Assembly: GCA_963806225.1 (NCBI GenBank)
Contig: CAWDXG010000001.1
Coordinates: forward strand, 1,856,001 to 1,920,000
Direction: 5' to 3'
DNA length: 64,000 nucleotides
Origin: an uncultured delta proteobacterium
Lineage (GTDB): Bacteria; Myxococcota_A; Polyangia; Polyangiales; Polyangiaceae
The position numbers were made by a program, and so were the translations under genes. This document shows, in pieces, positions 11,101-19,613 of this stretch (the first letter of the stretch is position 1; the number at the start of each line of letters is the position of its first letter). Under the pieces are notes generated by a model. That model made no database searches, had not been told where the DNA came from, and worked only from the letters and a program-made list of their open reading frames with translations.

Positions 11101-11741
11101 GCTTCGATGCGGCGCGCTGGACGCCGCTGCTGGTCGAAGCGCTCGGCAGCATCGTCGAAACGCCGCTCGACGCCCGAAAGCCGCTCGCCCTCCGCGACCT
11201 AGCGCCCGCCGCGCGCCGCTCCGAGATGGAGTTCGTGTTCCCGGTCGCGCCGGCGGGTGCGCGCTTCACGGCGAACGCGCTGGCCGACGAGCTCTCGCGG
11301 CACGGGGCGTCGCTGCCGCGCGGCTATGCCGAGCGCGTCCGGCGCCTCGGATTCGCGCCGCTCGCCGGCTTCCTGCGCGGCTTCATCGACCTGGTCTTCG
11401 AGCACGAGGGACGCTTCTATCTGGTGGACTACAAGTCGAATCACCTCGGCGATCACCCTGGCGACTATCGCCCCGAGCGCCTGGTCGAAGCGATGGCGCA
11501 CCATCACTACTACCTGCAGTACCACCTGTACGCGGTCGCGCTGCACCGCCACCTCGCGCTGCGCCTGCCAGGCTACGACTACGAGCAGCACTTCGGCGGC
11601 GTGCGCTATCTTTTCCTCAGGGGGATGTCGCCGGCGCATCCTCGGGGTTACGGCGTGTTTTCCGACGGCCCGGCGCGCGCTGTGGTCGAAGGACTGTCCG
11701 CGCTGCTCGCCGCGCCCGGACGCGCGGAGGCGCGGCCGTGA
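8103..11741 (+). CDS. recB: Exodeoxyribonuclease V beta subunit RecB
   Basis: LIEASAGTGKT, VTFTNAAT, IDEFQDTD, IGDPKQAIYAFRGAD, TMHKSKGLEY, YVALTRAK and nuclease GFIDLVF...DYKSN; GGAGG upstream of ATG 8103. Confidence 0.96.
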   Translation: MKELDPLRVGLDGTQLIEASAGTGKTYTITTLVLRLLLERRLPIEKILVVTFTNAATAELRERVRRRIREAADAFEARARGEVVKDELLQALVDRSPDPSVALSLLLEALRGVDEAAISTIHGFCQRVLAEHAFESNVRFDMELVQDQTPLVSELVEDFWGSRLSGASEAELRFLSTSKVRLDSFRRLAWLAVKWPEMPVVPPAPAADADAAVQAYVEARARALEAWDADQVEALLSEGLDGRSYRRTWVEKWCHELDQVLREPRAVVDAFKMLDRFTPTKLEEAAKGEPPLHPFFVRAAELLAARESAARELSSWWLALQHEFVDYARSELSRRKQERGVQSFDDLLQGLAGALERPEGEELAARIRSRLPAALIDEFQDTDPVQYRIFHKLYSTPGSSLLLIGDPKQAIYAFRGADVFAYLGAVRDAGERVHTLATNYRSEPGLIRAVNTIFSRAHSPFLLDGIGFSPVRARPEAHDELVPPRPALGILFVPRAGRSGKKKDKIVSDWYQHKLPRVVAADIARLLAERPLLEGRPLGSGDIAVLTRTNAQAREIQAALAALRIPAVLHGDSSVLDSVEAEEIGHVMAAMADPSNSTRLRAALTTHLFGLGAEELFRLGEHEDELDRWLGRFVGWHEEWQSAGFVQSFHRMLREAGVSARLLALVDGERRLTNVLHLVELLHRAATGGHLGIAGLVAWFDEVREDEEARRGLAPDSAQIRLESDRDAVQLTTMHKSKGLEYAVVYCPYLWASTELRPGAREHLCFHDPEDGFRLKLDLRSKEQKAERIEQANREALAEGLRLAYVALTRAKHRAVMVWGAFNGGENCPLAWLLHQPAEAGPHFSAKQRVHLGDDHALRADLARLVDASDGAIEVFDVDESPAPPHQADGDAEPELEARRAARLLDRGYRNSSFSALAATAGVPLPVPAAEGRDRDELALGAALPPAPPAPDGERVLLHDFPRGAKPGDLLHGILERLDFQVRDEAEIARLVGSLLGRHGFDAARWTPLLVEALGSIVETPLDARKPLALRDLAPAARRSEMEFVFPVAPAGARFTANALADELSRHGASLPRGYAERVRRLGFAPLAGFLRGFIDLVFEHEGRFYLVDYKSNHLGDHPGDYRPERLVEAMAHHHYYLQYHLYAVALHRHLALRLPGYDYEQHFGGVRYLFLRGMSPAHPRGYGVFSDGPARAVVEGLSALLAAPGRAEARP

Positions 11742-13570
11742 GCGGCGCGTTCGATGCGCTTGCCGCGGCGGGCTACTTCGCCCCGCTGGACGTGCACTTC
11801 GCGAAGAGCGCCGCGGCGCTGGTGGGGGAAGAGCGCGAGGAAGTGATGCTGGGTCTGGCGGTCTCGAGCCGGCAGACCCGCGAAGGGCACGTGTGCGCGG
11901 ATCTGGCGCGGCTTGCGGGCGGGCTGGCCGTCGACGCTGCCGGCGAGCCGATCGAGGGTGCGCGCTTCCCCGAGGCTCTGGCGTGGCAGGCCGCGCTCGA
12001 GCAGAGCAGGCTGGTCTCGGACGGCTCGCGCCTCGCGCCGCTGGTGCTCTCGGGCGGCCGGCGGCTGTACCTGCGCCGCTACTGGGAGCACGAGCAGCGG
12101 CTCGCCGGGTTGCTGCGGGAACGCGCCGGCATGCACGACGAAGCGCTGGATGCCGGTGTGCTGCGCCCGGCCCTGCTGCGGCTGTTCGGCCCCGCGCCGG
12201 CCGAGCCCGACTGGCAGCGGGTCGCGGTACAGCTCGCGCTGCTCGAACGGCTGGTCGTGGTGAGCGGCGGCCCGGGCACGGGCAAGACATCCAGCGTCGT
12301 GAAGCTCCTGGCGCTCTTGATCGAGCAGTCGAGAAGCCAGGGACGCGAGCGGCCGCGCATGCTGCTGCTCGCGCCCACCGGCAAGGCGGCGGCGCGTCTC
12401 GAGGAGTCGGTCCAGAAGGCCCGGGCGGGGCTCGACTGCGACGAGCAGGTGCGCGCGGCGATTCCGGAGCGCGCGCTGACGGTGCACCGCGCGCTGGGCG
12501 GTATCCGGGGCTCCCGCACGCGCTTCCGCCACGACCGCGAGCACCCGCTGATTGCGGATCTGGTGCTGGTCGACGAATCGTCGATGGTGGACGTGGCGCT
12601 GATGCGGCGCCTGCTCGAAGCCGTGCCGCATCACGCGCGCCTCGTGTTGCTCGGCGACCGGAACCAGCTGTCCAGTGTGGCCGCCGGAGCCGTGCTCGCC
12701 GACATCTGCGGAGAGCGCTCCACGCCGGCGTATTCGGAGGCGCTCGGTCGCCGCGTCGAGAGCGTGTTCGGCGAATCGCTGCCCGGAGCGGGCGGCCACG
12801 CCGGCGGCATCGCCGACTCGGTGGTCGAGCTCACCCGGAGCTACCGCTTTTCCGACGACAGCGGGATCGGCGCGCTGGCGCGGGCGGTCCGCGACGGGGA
12901 CGCGGACCTGGCGCTTTCGCTGCTGCGCTCCGGCGCGGACGGTGTCGCGCTGGTCGAGGGCCGGGATCGCACGGAGCTCGGCCAGGCTGCCGTCGAAGGC
13001 TTCCGTCCGTGTCTCGAGGCGCGTGATCCGCTGCAGGCGCTGGCCGCGCTGTCGCGCTACCGGGTGCTGTGCGCGCATCGCCGCGGCCCTGCCGGCGTCG
13101 AGCAGCTCAACGGCGACATCGAGCGCGCGCTGGAACAGGCCGGAGCGCTGCGACCGTCCGGCATCTGGTATCCAGGGCGGCCGGTGCTCGTGACGCAGAA
13201 CGACTACCAGCTGTCGCTGTTCAACGGCGATGTCGGCATCGTGTTTCCCGATACGGCCTCGGGCGGCCTTGGCGCCTGCTTTGCCGCTGCGGACGGCAGC
13301 GCGCGCGTGCTGGCGCCGTCGAGGCTGCCTCCGCACGAAACCGTCTTTGCCATGACCGTGCACAAGAGCCAGGGCTCGGAGTTCGACGACGTGGCGGTCG
13401 TGCTGCCGGACGAGCGGTCCCCGCTCCTCGGTCGCGAGCTCCTGTACACGGCGGTCACGCGCGCCCGGCGTAGCGTGACGTTGTATGCCGACGAGGCCGC
13501 AGTGCGTGCCGCCGTCGCTCGCCGGGTGGAGCGCGCGTCGGGTCTGGGCGAGCTGCTCTGGGGAAGCTGA
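11738..13570 (+). CDS. recD: Exodeoxyribonuclease V alpha subunit RecD
   Basis: GGPGTGKT, LAPTGKAAARL, VDESSMVD, LFNGDVG, AMTVHKSQGSEF, ELLYTAVTRAR; GTGA overlap with recB. Confidence 0.96.
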   Translation: MSGAFDALAAAGYFAPLDVHFAKSAAALVGEEREEVMLGLAVSSRQTREGHVCADLARLAGGLAVDAAGEPIEGARFPEALAWQAALEQSRLVSDGSRLAPLVLSGGRRLYLRRYWEHEQRLAGLLRERAGMHDEALDAGVLRPALLRLFGPAPAEPDWQRVAVQLALLERLVVVSGGPGTGKTSSVVKLLALLIEQSRSQGRERPRMLLLAPTGKAAARLEESVQKARAGLDCDEQVRAAIPERALTVHRALGGIRGSRTRFRHDREHPLIADLVLVDESSMVDVALMRRLLEAVPHHARLVLLGDRNQLSSVAAGAVLADICGERSTPAYSEALGRRVESVFGESLPGAGGHAGGIADSVVELTRSYRFSDDSGIGALARAVRDGDADLALSLLRSGADGVALVEGRDRTELGQAAVEGFRPCLEARDPLQALAALSRYRVLCAHRRGPAGVEQLNGDIERALEQAGALRPSGIWYPGRPVLVTQNDYQLSLFNGDVGIVFPDTASGGLGACFAAADGSARVLAPSRLPPHETVFAMTVHKSQGSEFDDVAVVLPDERSPLLGRELLYTAVTRARRSVTLYADEAAVRAAVARRVERASGLGELLWGS

Positions 13571-13691
13571 GCCAGGCGGCCGGATGGGTGCCCACGGAAC
13601 GGGCCTCGGAGACCCTTCGAAATCCGCAGGGCCGTCTCACAATATTCTCCATCCAACCCCGGTTGTGCGGGAAACATGCTGCGTCTGGCAC

Positions 13692-13707
13692 TGGCACGCG
13701 GGTTGCT
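13692..13707 (+). promoter_or_regulatory. sigma54 (-24/-12) promoter of the metal-efflux operon
   Basis: TGGCACG-CGGG-TTGCT is an exact match to the TGGCACG-N4-TTGCW consensus. Confidence 0.7.
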
Positions 13708-13720
13708 CGGACGCCGGAGC

Positions 13721-13882
13721 ATGTCGCACCGGTTGCCCATCCTGTTCGCCGCGCTGGCCGCGGTGATCTCTATCGGGATGCTGGTCCAGGACGCCTGCCG
13801 CTCGCGGGCGTCGGCGCTGCCGGGTGCAGACCGCGCCGACACCCCCCTGCACTCTTCCGGTAGAACAGGGGGGCGGCCATGA
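13721..13882 (+). CDS. Small (53 aa) putative membrane or secreted peptide
   Basis: MSHRLPILFAALAAVISIGMLVQDACR...; its stop overlaps the next start (ATGA), suggesting translational coupling. Confidence 0.45.
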   Translation: MSHRLPILFAALAAVISIGMLVQDACRSRASALPGADRADTPLHSSGRTGGRP

Positions 13883-16035
13883 CCGGCTTTTTCCGCCGTC
13901 ATCGAGAGCGCATCCTGCCCGTCGTCGTCTTCGCCGTGCTGGGCGTGCTGGCGGTCGTGTACCGGCATCCGCTGTATGCCTGGTTCGAGGGCTCGTCGCT
14001 GGGCGGTGGTGGCGGGATGACGACGAGCCCGGTTGGCGATTTGCGGCTCGGACTCTTGCTGGATCCCGATCCACCTCGCCAGAACAAGAACGCGCTGCAC
14101 GTGCTCGTGCAGGACGCCACGAGCGAACCGGTGACCGGCGCGCAGGTGACCGTCCAGTATTCGATGGCGGCCATGGGTTCGATGCCCGAGATGAAGGGCA
14201 AGGCCGACATCGAGGAGCAGGGCGGCGGCAGGTACCTGGCCGCGTTCTCGCTGCCGATGAAAGGCAGTTGGACGATCGGCGTCGACGTCAAGAGCTCGGC
14301 GGGCGACGCCTCGGCGCGGTACAACCTCACCGTCGGCACCAAAGGCCTCACCCCGGTGGGCTCCGGCGGAGGGAAGGGCGGCGCGCAGGCGAAGAAGGGG
14401 AAGAAGTCCACGGCGTTGCCGTTGCCGGAGCAGAAGTTCGACGGCCCCATCCTCGCATCGCTCCGCACCGCCTACGCGGCCTATGAAGAGGTGCGCGTCC
14501 GACTGGCACAGGACACGCTCGACAACGTGAAGCCCCGCGCCCAGCGCATCGCCGAGTCGCTGCGCGCGGCGGCGGCGACGGCGACGGTGAAGGGCGCACC
14601 CGAAGTGAAACAGGAGCTCGGCAAAGGCGCCGACGCCGCGACCCGGTTGGCCGCAGCGAAGGATCTGGACGAGGCACGCGGGGCCTTCGGCGAAGTGAGC
14701 CGGACCCTGGTGCGATTGGCCGGAGCGGACGACCAGCTCGCCAAGGGGCAGCACGTGTTCGAGTGCCCGATGGCCAAGGGCTTCGGTTTCAACGAGTGGG
14801 TGCAACCGTCGGCCACGCTGCAAAACCCCTACATGGGCAAGAAGATGTCGACCTGCGGCTCCGAGGTGTCTCCGCCGAAGCCCGGTGCCGAGCCCGCCGA
14901 GGGAAAGAGCAAGGAGACCGCAGACAGTGGCAAGGTCGCCTACTACACGTGCCCAATGCACCCCTCGGTGCACCAGCCGAGCCCGGGCCAGTGCCCGATC
15001 TGCGGCATGACCCTGACGCCCGTCTCCGAGCAGGAAGTGAAGGAGGGCGTCATCCAGGTGGACGAAAAGCGCCGCCAGCTCATCGGAGTCCGGACCGGCG
15101 TGATCGAAAAGAAGGATCTGGTCCGGCACATCCGCACGGTGGGCACCATCGCCTACGACCAGACGCGGCTGGCCGACGTGTCGCTCAAGTTCAAGGGCTG
15201 GATCCGCACGCTCTACGCCGACTCCATCGGCAAGAAGGTCAAGCGCGGGCACACGCTGTTCACCATCTACAGCCCCGACGTGTACGCGGCCGAGCAGGAG
15301 CTGCTCACCGCGCAGCAGAGCGGGATCGTCGCGCTGGACGGCGGCATGCCCGATCCGCGAAAGTTCATGGAAAAGGCGATCCGGCAGCGTTTCCGGCTGT
15401 GGGACGTGCCGACCAGCGTGGTGGATCACATCATCAAGAAGCGCGAAACGATCCGCTACATCCCGATCGTCTCGCCGGCGACCGGCTACATCGTCGAGAA
15501 GAACGTCGTCGAAGGCTCTTCGGTGAAGCCGGGCCAGCGGTTGTTCCGCATCGCGAACCTGGACAAGGTCTGGATCGAGGCCGAGTTGTACGAAAACGAG
15601 CTGCCGCTGGTGAAGCAGGGGCAAGAGGCCCGGATCACGCTCGCGTACGTCCCGGACCGCAAGTTCAAGGGCAAGGTCACGTTCGTCTATCCGTACCTGG
15701 ACAACGGGACGCGGACAGGGCGGGTGCGCATCGAGATGCCGAACCGGGACGTCGAGCTGAAGCCCGACATGTACGCGAACGTCTCGATCGATATCGATCT
15801 CGGAGAGAAGTTGGTGATACCCGATTCGGCGGTCATCTATGCGGGACCGCGGCGCATCGTGTTCGTCGACCTGGGTGGGGGCAAGCTCAAGCCGCAGGAA
15901 ATCAAGGTCGGTGTCCACAGCGATGACATGTACGAGGTCCTGGGCGGACTTCATGCAGGGCAGCGCGTGGTCACCTCCGGCAACTTCCTGATCGGCGCGG
16001 AGAGCCGCCTCAAGTCGGCAACCGGTCAGTGGTGA
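13879..16035 (+). CDS. cusB: CusB-like heavy-metal RND periplasmic adaptor with extra YtkA/FixH-like, DUF3347-like and YTCPMHP metal-binding domains
   Basis: N-terminal TM; MAAMGSMPEM/GSWTI segment; FECPMA...NPYMGKKMSTCG; YYTCPMHP...CPICGMTL; MFP core GWIRTL..IYSPDV..VYPYLDNGTRT..LKPDMY. Confidence 0.85.
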   Translation: MTGFFRRHRERILPVVVFAVLGVLAVVYRHPLYAWFEGSSLGGGGGMTTSPVGDLRLGLLLDPDPPRQNKNALHVLVQDATSEPVTGAQVTVQYSMAAMGSMPEMKGKADIEEQGGGRYLAAFSLPMKGSWTIGVDVKSSAGDASARYNLTVGTKGLTPVGSGGGKGGAQAKKGKKSTALPLPEQKFDGPILASLRTAYAAYEEVRVRLAQDTLDNVKPRAQRIAESLRAAAATATVKGAPEVKQELGKGADAATRLAAAKDLDEARGAFGEVSRTLVRLAGADDQLAKGQHVFECPMAKGFGFNEWVQPSATLQNPYMGKKMSTCGSEVSPPKPGAEPAEGKSKETADSGKVAYYTCPMHPSVHQPSPGQCPICGMTLTPVSEQEVKEGVIQVDEKRRQLIGVRTGVIEKKDLVRHIRTVGTIAYDQTRLADVSLKFKGWIRTLYADSIGKKVKRGHTLFTIYSPDVYAAEQELLTAQQSGIVALDGGMPDPRKFMEKAIRQRFRLWDVPTSVVDHIIKKRETIRYIPIVSPATGYIVEKNVVEGSSVKPGQRLFRIANLDKVWIEAELYENELPLVKQGQEARITLAYVPDRKFKGKVTFVYPYLDNGTRTGRVRIEMPNRDVELKPDMYANVSIDIDLGEKLVIPDSAVIYAGPRRIVFVDLGGGKLKPQEIKVGVHSDDMYEVLGGLHAGQRVVTSGNFLIGAESRLKSATGQW

Positions 16036-19000
16036 TGCCAGGAAATGGCGACAACGAACACCCGCGAGAACCGGCCCCGCCCGACAATCCCGAAAGGGTA
16101 GCTCCGGCGGAACGGCCGGAGGCTGTCGGGCTGCCGGAGGATTCCGGCGGAAACGGGCCAGCGGGAAACGAGCCGCCCGCGCCGCCCGCGCCGCCGGATG
16201 ACCAGCCGAAGCCCGGCCCCATCGCGCGCATTATCGCGCTCTCGGCGAAGAACCGCTTCGTGACGATCCTGTTCGTGCTCGGCATGGCCGTGTGGGGCGC
16301 GTATTCGATGCTCCACGGCCCGCTCGACGCTATTCCGGACCTGTCGGACGTGCAGGTCATCATCTTCACCGACTGGCCCGGCCGCAGCCCGACCCTGGTC
16401 GAGGACCAGATCACCTATCCCATCTCGAGCACCCTGCTCTCCGCGCCGCACGTCAAATCGGTGCGCGGGCAGTCCTTCTTCGGTCTGTCCTTCGTCTACG
16501 TGGTGTTCGACGAGGGCACCGACATGTACTGGGCGCGCTCGCGTGTGCTCGAGTACCTGAACAGCGTCAGCTCCAGGCTACCCAAGGGGGTGACGCCGAC
16601 TCTGGGGCCCGACGCTACCGGCGTTGGATGGGTGTACGAGTACGCGCTGGTCGACGAGACGGGCCAGCACGATCTCCAGCAACTCAGGAGCCTGCAGGAC
16701 TGGAACATCCGCTTCGCGCTGGAGAGCGTGCCGGGTGTGGCGGAGGTGGCGTCGGTAGGCGGCTTCGTCAAGCAGTACCAGGTCAACGTCGACCCGGACA
16801 AGCTGCGGGGCTACGGCATCCCGATCACGAAGGTGATCAAGGCGGTGCGCGACTCGAACGAGGAGGTGGGTGGGCGCGTCATCGAGATTGCGGGTCACGA
16901 GCAGATGATCCGCGGCCGCGGCTACATCAAGAAGAAATCGGACATTGCGGACATCCCGTTGAAGGTCAACTCCGACGGCACGCCGGTGTACGTCAAGGAC
17001 GTCGCCACCGTGTCGATCGGGCCCGACATGAGACGCGGCGTCGCCGAGCTCGACGGCAAGGGGGAGACCGTCGGCGGCATCGTGGTCATGCGCTACGGCG
17101 AGAACGCGCTCAAGGTCATCGATGCGGTCAAGCAGCGGCTCGATGAAGTGCGCAAGGGACTGCCGCCCGGCGTGAAGCTGGTGGTCACCTACGACCGCTC
17201 CGGCCTGATCCGGAAGTCGATCGAGACCCTGCGCCATACGCTGATGGAGGAGATGCTGGTCGTCAGCATCATCATCTTCCTGTTCCTGCTGCACGTGCGC
17301 AGCGCGCTGGTGCCGATCCTCACGTTGCCCATCGGCGTGCTCCTGGCGTTCATCCCGATGTACTACCAGGGGCTCACGATCAACATCATGTCGCTCGGCG
17401 GGGTCGCCATCGCCATCGGTGCGATGGTGGACGCTTCCATCTTGATCATCGAGAACAGTCACAAGAAGCTCGAACAGTGGGAAGCGGCCGGACGCCCGGG
17501 CAGCCGCACCGACGTCATCATCTCGGCGATGCAGGAGGTGGGGCCCAGCGTCTTCTTCGCGCTGCTCGTCATCACGGTGGCGTTCATGCCCGTGTTCACG
17601 CTCGAGGGCACGGAAGGCCGGCTGTTCAAACCACTGGCGTTCACCAAGACCTACTCGATGGGCTTTGCGGCCATCCTGGCGGTGACGCTCACGCCCGCGC
17701 TGGCGGTGCTGTTCATCCGCGGCAAGATCCGCCCCGAGAACAAGAACCCCATCAATCGATTGCTGGTGGCCGCGTATACGCCAGTGGTGCGCTTCGTGGT
17801 GCGTCACCGCAAGATGGTGATCGCGCTTGCGGTGCTGGCGATCATCTTCACGATTCCGGCCTTCCAGCGCCTCGGCAACGAGTTCATGCCGCCTCTGAAC
17901 GAGGGGGCGATCCTGTACATGCCGACCGCGCCGCCGGGAATGTCTGTGGGTGAGGCGACCCAGGTGCTGCAGTCCATGGACCGGCAGCTGATGCAGTTCC
18001 CTGAAGTGGTACGCGTTTTCGGCAAGATGGGACGCGCGCGGACGGCGACGGACCCAGCGCCGCTGTCGATGGCGGAGATCATCATCCTGCTCAAGCCGCG
18101 TGACCAGTGGCCGAAGGGGGTCACCTGGGACGGCTTGATCAAGCAGATGGATCAGAAGCTCCAATACCCCGGCATGCCGAACGTGTGGTGGATGCCGATC
18201 CAGACCCGCACGGAGATGCTGGCGACCGGCATCCGCAGCCAGCTCGGCATCAAGGTCTTCGGCAACACCCTCGCGGAGATCGAGAAGACCGCCATTGCGA
18301 TCGAGCACGCCGTGAAGAACGTGCCGGGGACGCGCAGCGCCTTCGCCGAGCGCTCCACCGGCGGCTTCTACGCCGATTTCACGGTCAAACGGCAGGAGGC
18401 GGCCCGCTACGGCATGACCGTCAAGGACGTGGACAACGTCGTGATGTCCGCTATCGGAGGCATGAACGTCTCCGAGACGGTGGAGGGTCGCGAGCGCTAT
18501 CCGATCAACGTCCGCTATGCCCGCGAGTTTCGTGACACGCCGGGCGCGCTCGATCGCGTGCTGGTGAGCACGCCGACCGGCGCGCAGGTCCCGATTTCGC
18601 AGGTGGCAGACCTGAAGTTCACGACCGGCCCGCCGATGGTGCGCAGCGAGAGCGGCAAGCTCGAGGGCTTCGTGTTCGTCGACATCGACAACCGTCCGGT
18701 CGCGGACTACGTGGCCGACGCGAAGAAGGCCGTGGCGGCCAAGGTGAAGCTGCCGCCCGGGCAGCGAATCGAGTGGGCCGGTCAGTACAAGTACTTCGAG
18801 CGCGCCAAGTCACGCTTGAAGATCGTGATCCCGATCACGCTGTTCATCGTCTCGCTGCTGCTGTTCCTCAACACCCGCTCGTTCTTCAAGACATTCATCA
18901 TCCTGCTGGCGGTGCCGTTCTCGCTGGTGGGGGCGATCTGGCTGCTCTACCTGCTGCACTACAACCTGAGCGTCGCTGTCTGGGTCGGTGTGATCGCGCT

Positions 19001-19355
19001 GGCGGGTCTCGATGCCGAGACCGGCGTGGTGACGCTGCTCTACCTCACGCTCGCGTACGACGCGCGCAAGAGCGCCGGCAGACTCCGCTCGAACGAGGAT
19101 CTCACCGAGGCCATCGTGGAAGGTGCGGCCAATCGCATCCGGCCGGAGATGATGACCGTGCTGACGATGATGATCGGTCTGGTGCCGGTGCTGTGGAGCA
19201 CCGGGACCGGCGCCGACGTGATGAAGCGCATCGTCGCGCCGATCGTGGGCGGGCTCGTCACATCGTTCCTGCTCGAGCTGACCGTGTACCCGGCGATCTT
19301 TGCGATCTGGAAGCGGCGCGAGCTGCGCCTCGCCGATAACGCGCCTGGATCGTAG
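16035..19355 (+). CDS. cusA: CusA/CzcA-family heavy-metal RND permease (Cu/Ag type)
   Basis: LDAIPDLSDVQVIIFTDWPGRSP, DMYWARSRVLEYL, NIMSLGGVAIAIGAMVDA, EFMPPLNEG, MPIQTRTEMLATG, GTGADVMKRI. Confidence 0.95.
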   Translation: MPGNGDNEHPREPAPPDNPERVAPAERPEAVGLPEDSGGNGPAGNEPPAPPAPPDDQPKPGPIARIIALSAKNRFVTILFVLGMAVWGAYSMLHGPLDAIPDLSDVQVIIFTDWPGRSPTLVEDQITYPISSTLLSAPHVKSVRGQSFFGLSFVYVVFDEGTDMYWARSRVLEYLNSVSSRLPKGVTPTLGPDATGVGWVYEYALVDETGQHDLQQLRSLQDWNIRFALESVPGVAEVASVGGFVKQYQVNVDPDKLRGYGIPITKVIKAVRDSNEEVGGRVIEIAGHEQMIRGRGYIKKKSDIADIPLKVNSDGTPVYVKDVATVSIGPDMRRGVAELDGKGETVGGIVVMRYGENALKVIDAVKQRLDEVRKGLPPGVKLVVTYDRSGLIRKSIETLRHTLMEEMLVVSIIIFLFLLHVRSALVPILTLPIGVLLAFIPMYYQGLTINIMSLGGVAIAIGAMVDASILIIENSHKKLEQWEAAGRPGSRTDVIISAMQEVGPSVFFALLVITVAFMPVFTLEGTEGRLFKPLAFTKTYSMGFAAILAVTLTPALAVLFIRGKIRPENKNPINRLLVAAYTPVVRFVVRHRKMVIALAVLAIIFTIPAFQRLGNEFMPPLNEGAILYMPTAPPGMSVGEATQVLQSMDRQLMQFPEVVRVFGKMGRARTATDPAPLSMAEIIILLKPRDQWPKGVTWDGLIKQMDQKLQYPGMPNVWWMPIQTRTEMLATGIRSQLGIKVFGNTLAEIEKTAIAIEHAVKNVPGTRSAFAERSTGGFYADFTVKRQEAARYGMTVKDVDNVVMSAIGGMNVSETVEGRERYPINVRYAREFRDTPGALDRVLVSTPTGAQVPISQVADLKFTTGPPMVRSESGKLEGFVFVDIDNRPVADYVADAKKAVAAKVKLPPGQRIEWAGQYKYFERAKSRLKIVIPITLFIVSLLLFLNTRSFFKTFIILLAVPFSLVGAIWLLYLLHYNLSVAVWVGVIALAGLDAETGVVTLLYLTLAYDARKSAGRLRSNEDLTEAIVEGAANRIRPEMMTVLTMMIGLVPVLWSTGTGADVMKRIVAPIVGGLVTSFLLELTVYPAIFAIWKRRELRLADNAPGS

Positions 19356-19392
19356 CATTTTGCCACAAAACCGTGGCAAAATGCTGCGATCC
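19347..19392 (+). terminator. 20-bp stem hairpin over the cusA stop codon
   Basis: GGATCGTAGCATTTTGCCAC-AAAACC-GTGGCAAAATGCTGCGATCC, one T.G pair. Confidence 0.6.
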
Positions 19393-19613
19393 GCGTCCGG
19401 CGGAGCCAGCTCGCGCGGTGCGGCGGAGGACCGTCGCGCCGTCGGGCGTGACACCTGTCCGGCCGCCCCGCGTCCAGCGGTGCTATGCGTGGGGGGAAGC
19501 TGGCGGCGCTCGATCGCCGTCCACTCCGGCGCCCTGCATCGGCAGGCCGAGCCCGCGCTTGCGAAATCGCGGCAATGCCGGGAAAATGGTCCGAGCGCGG
19601 CAAGCGACAGAGA

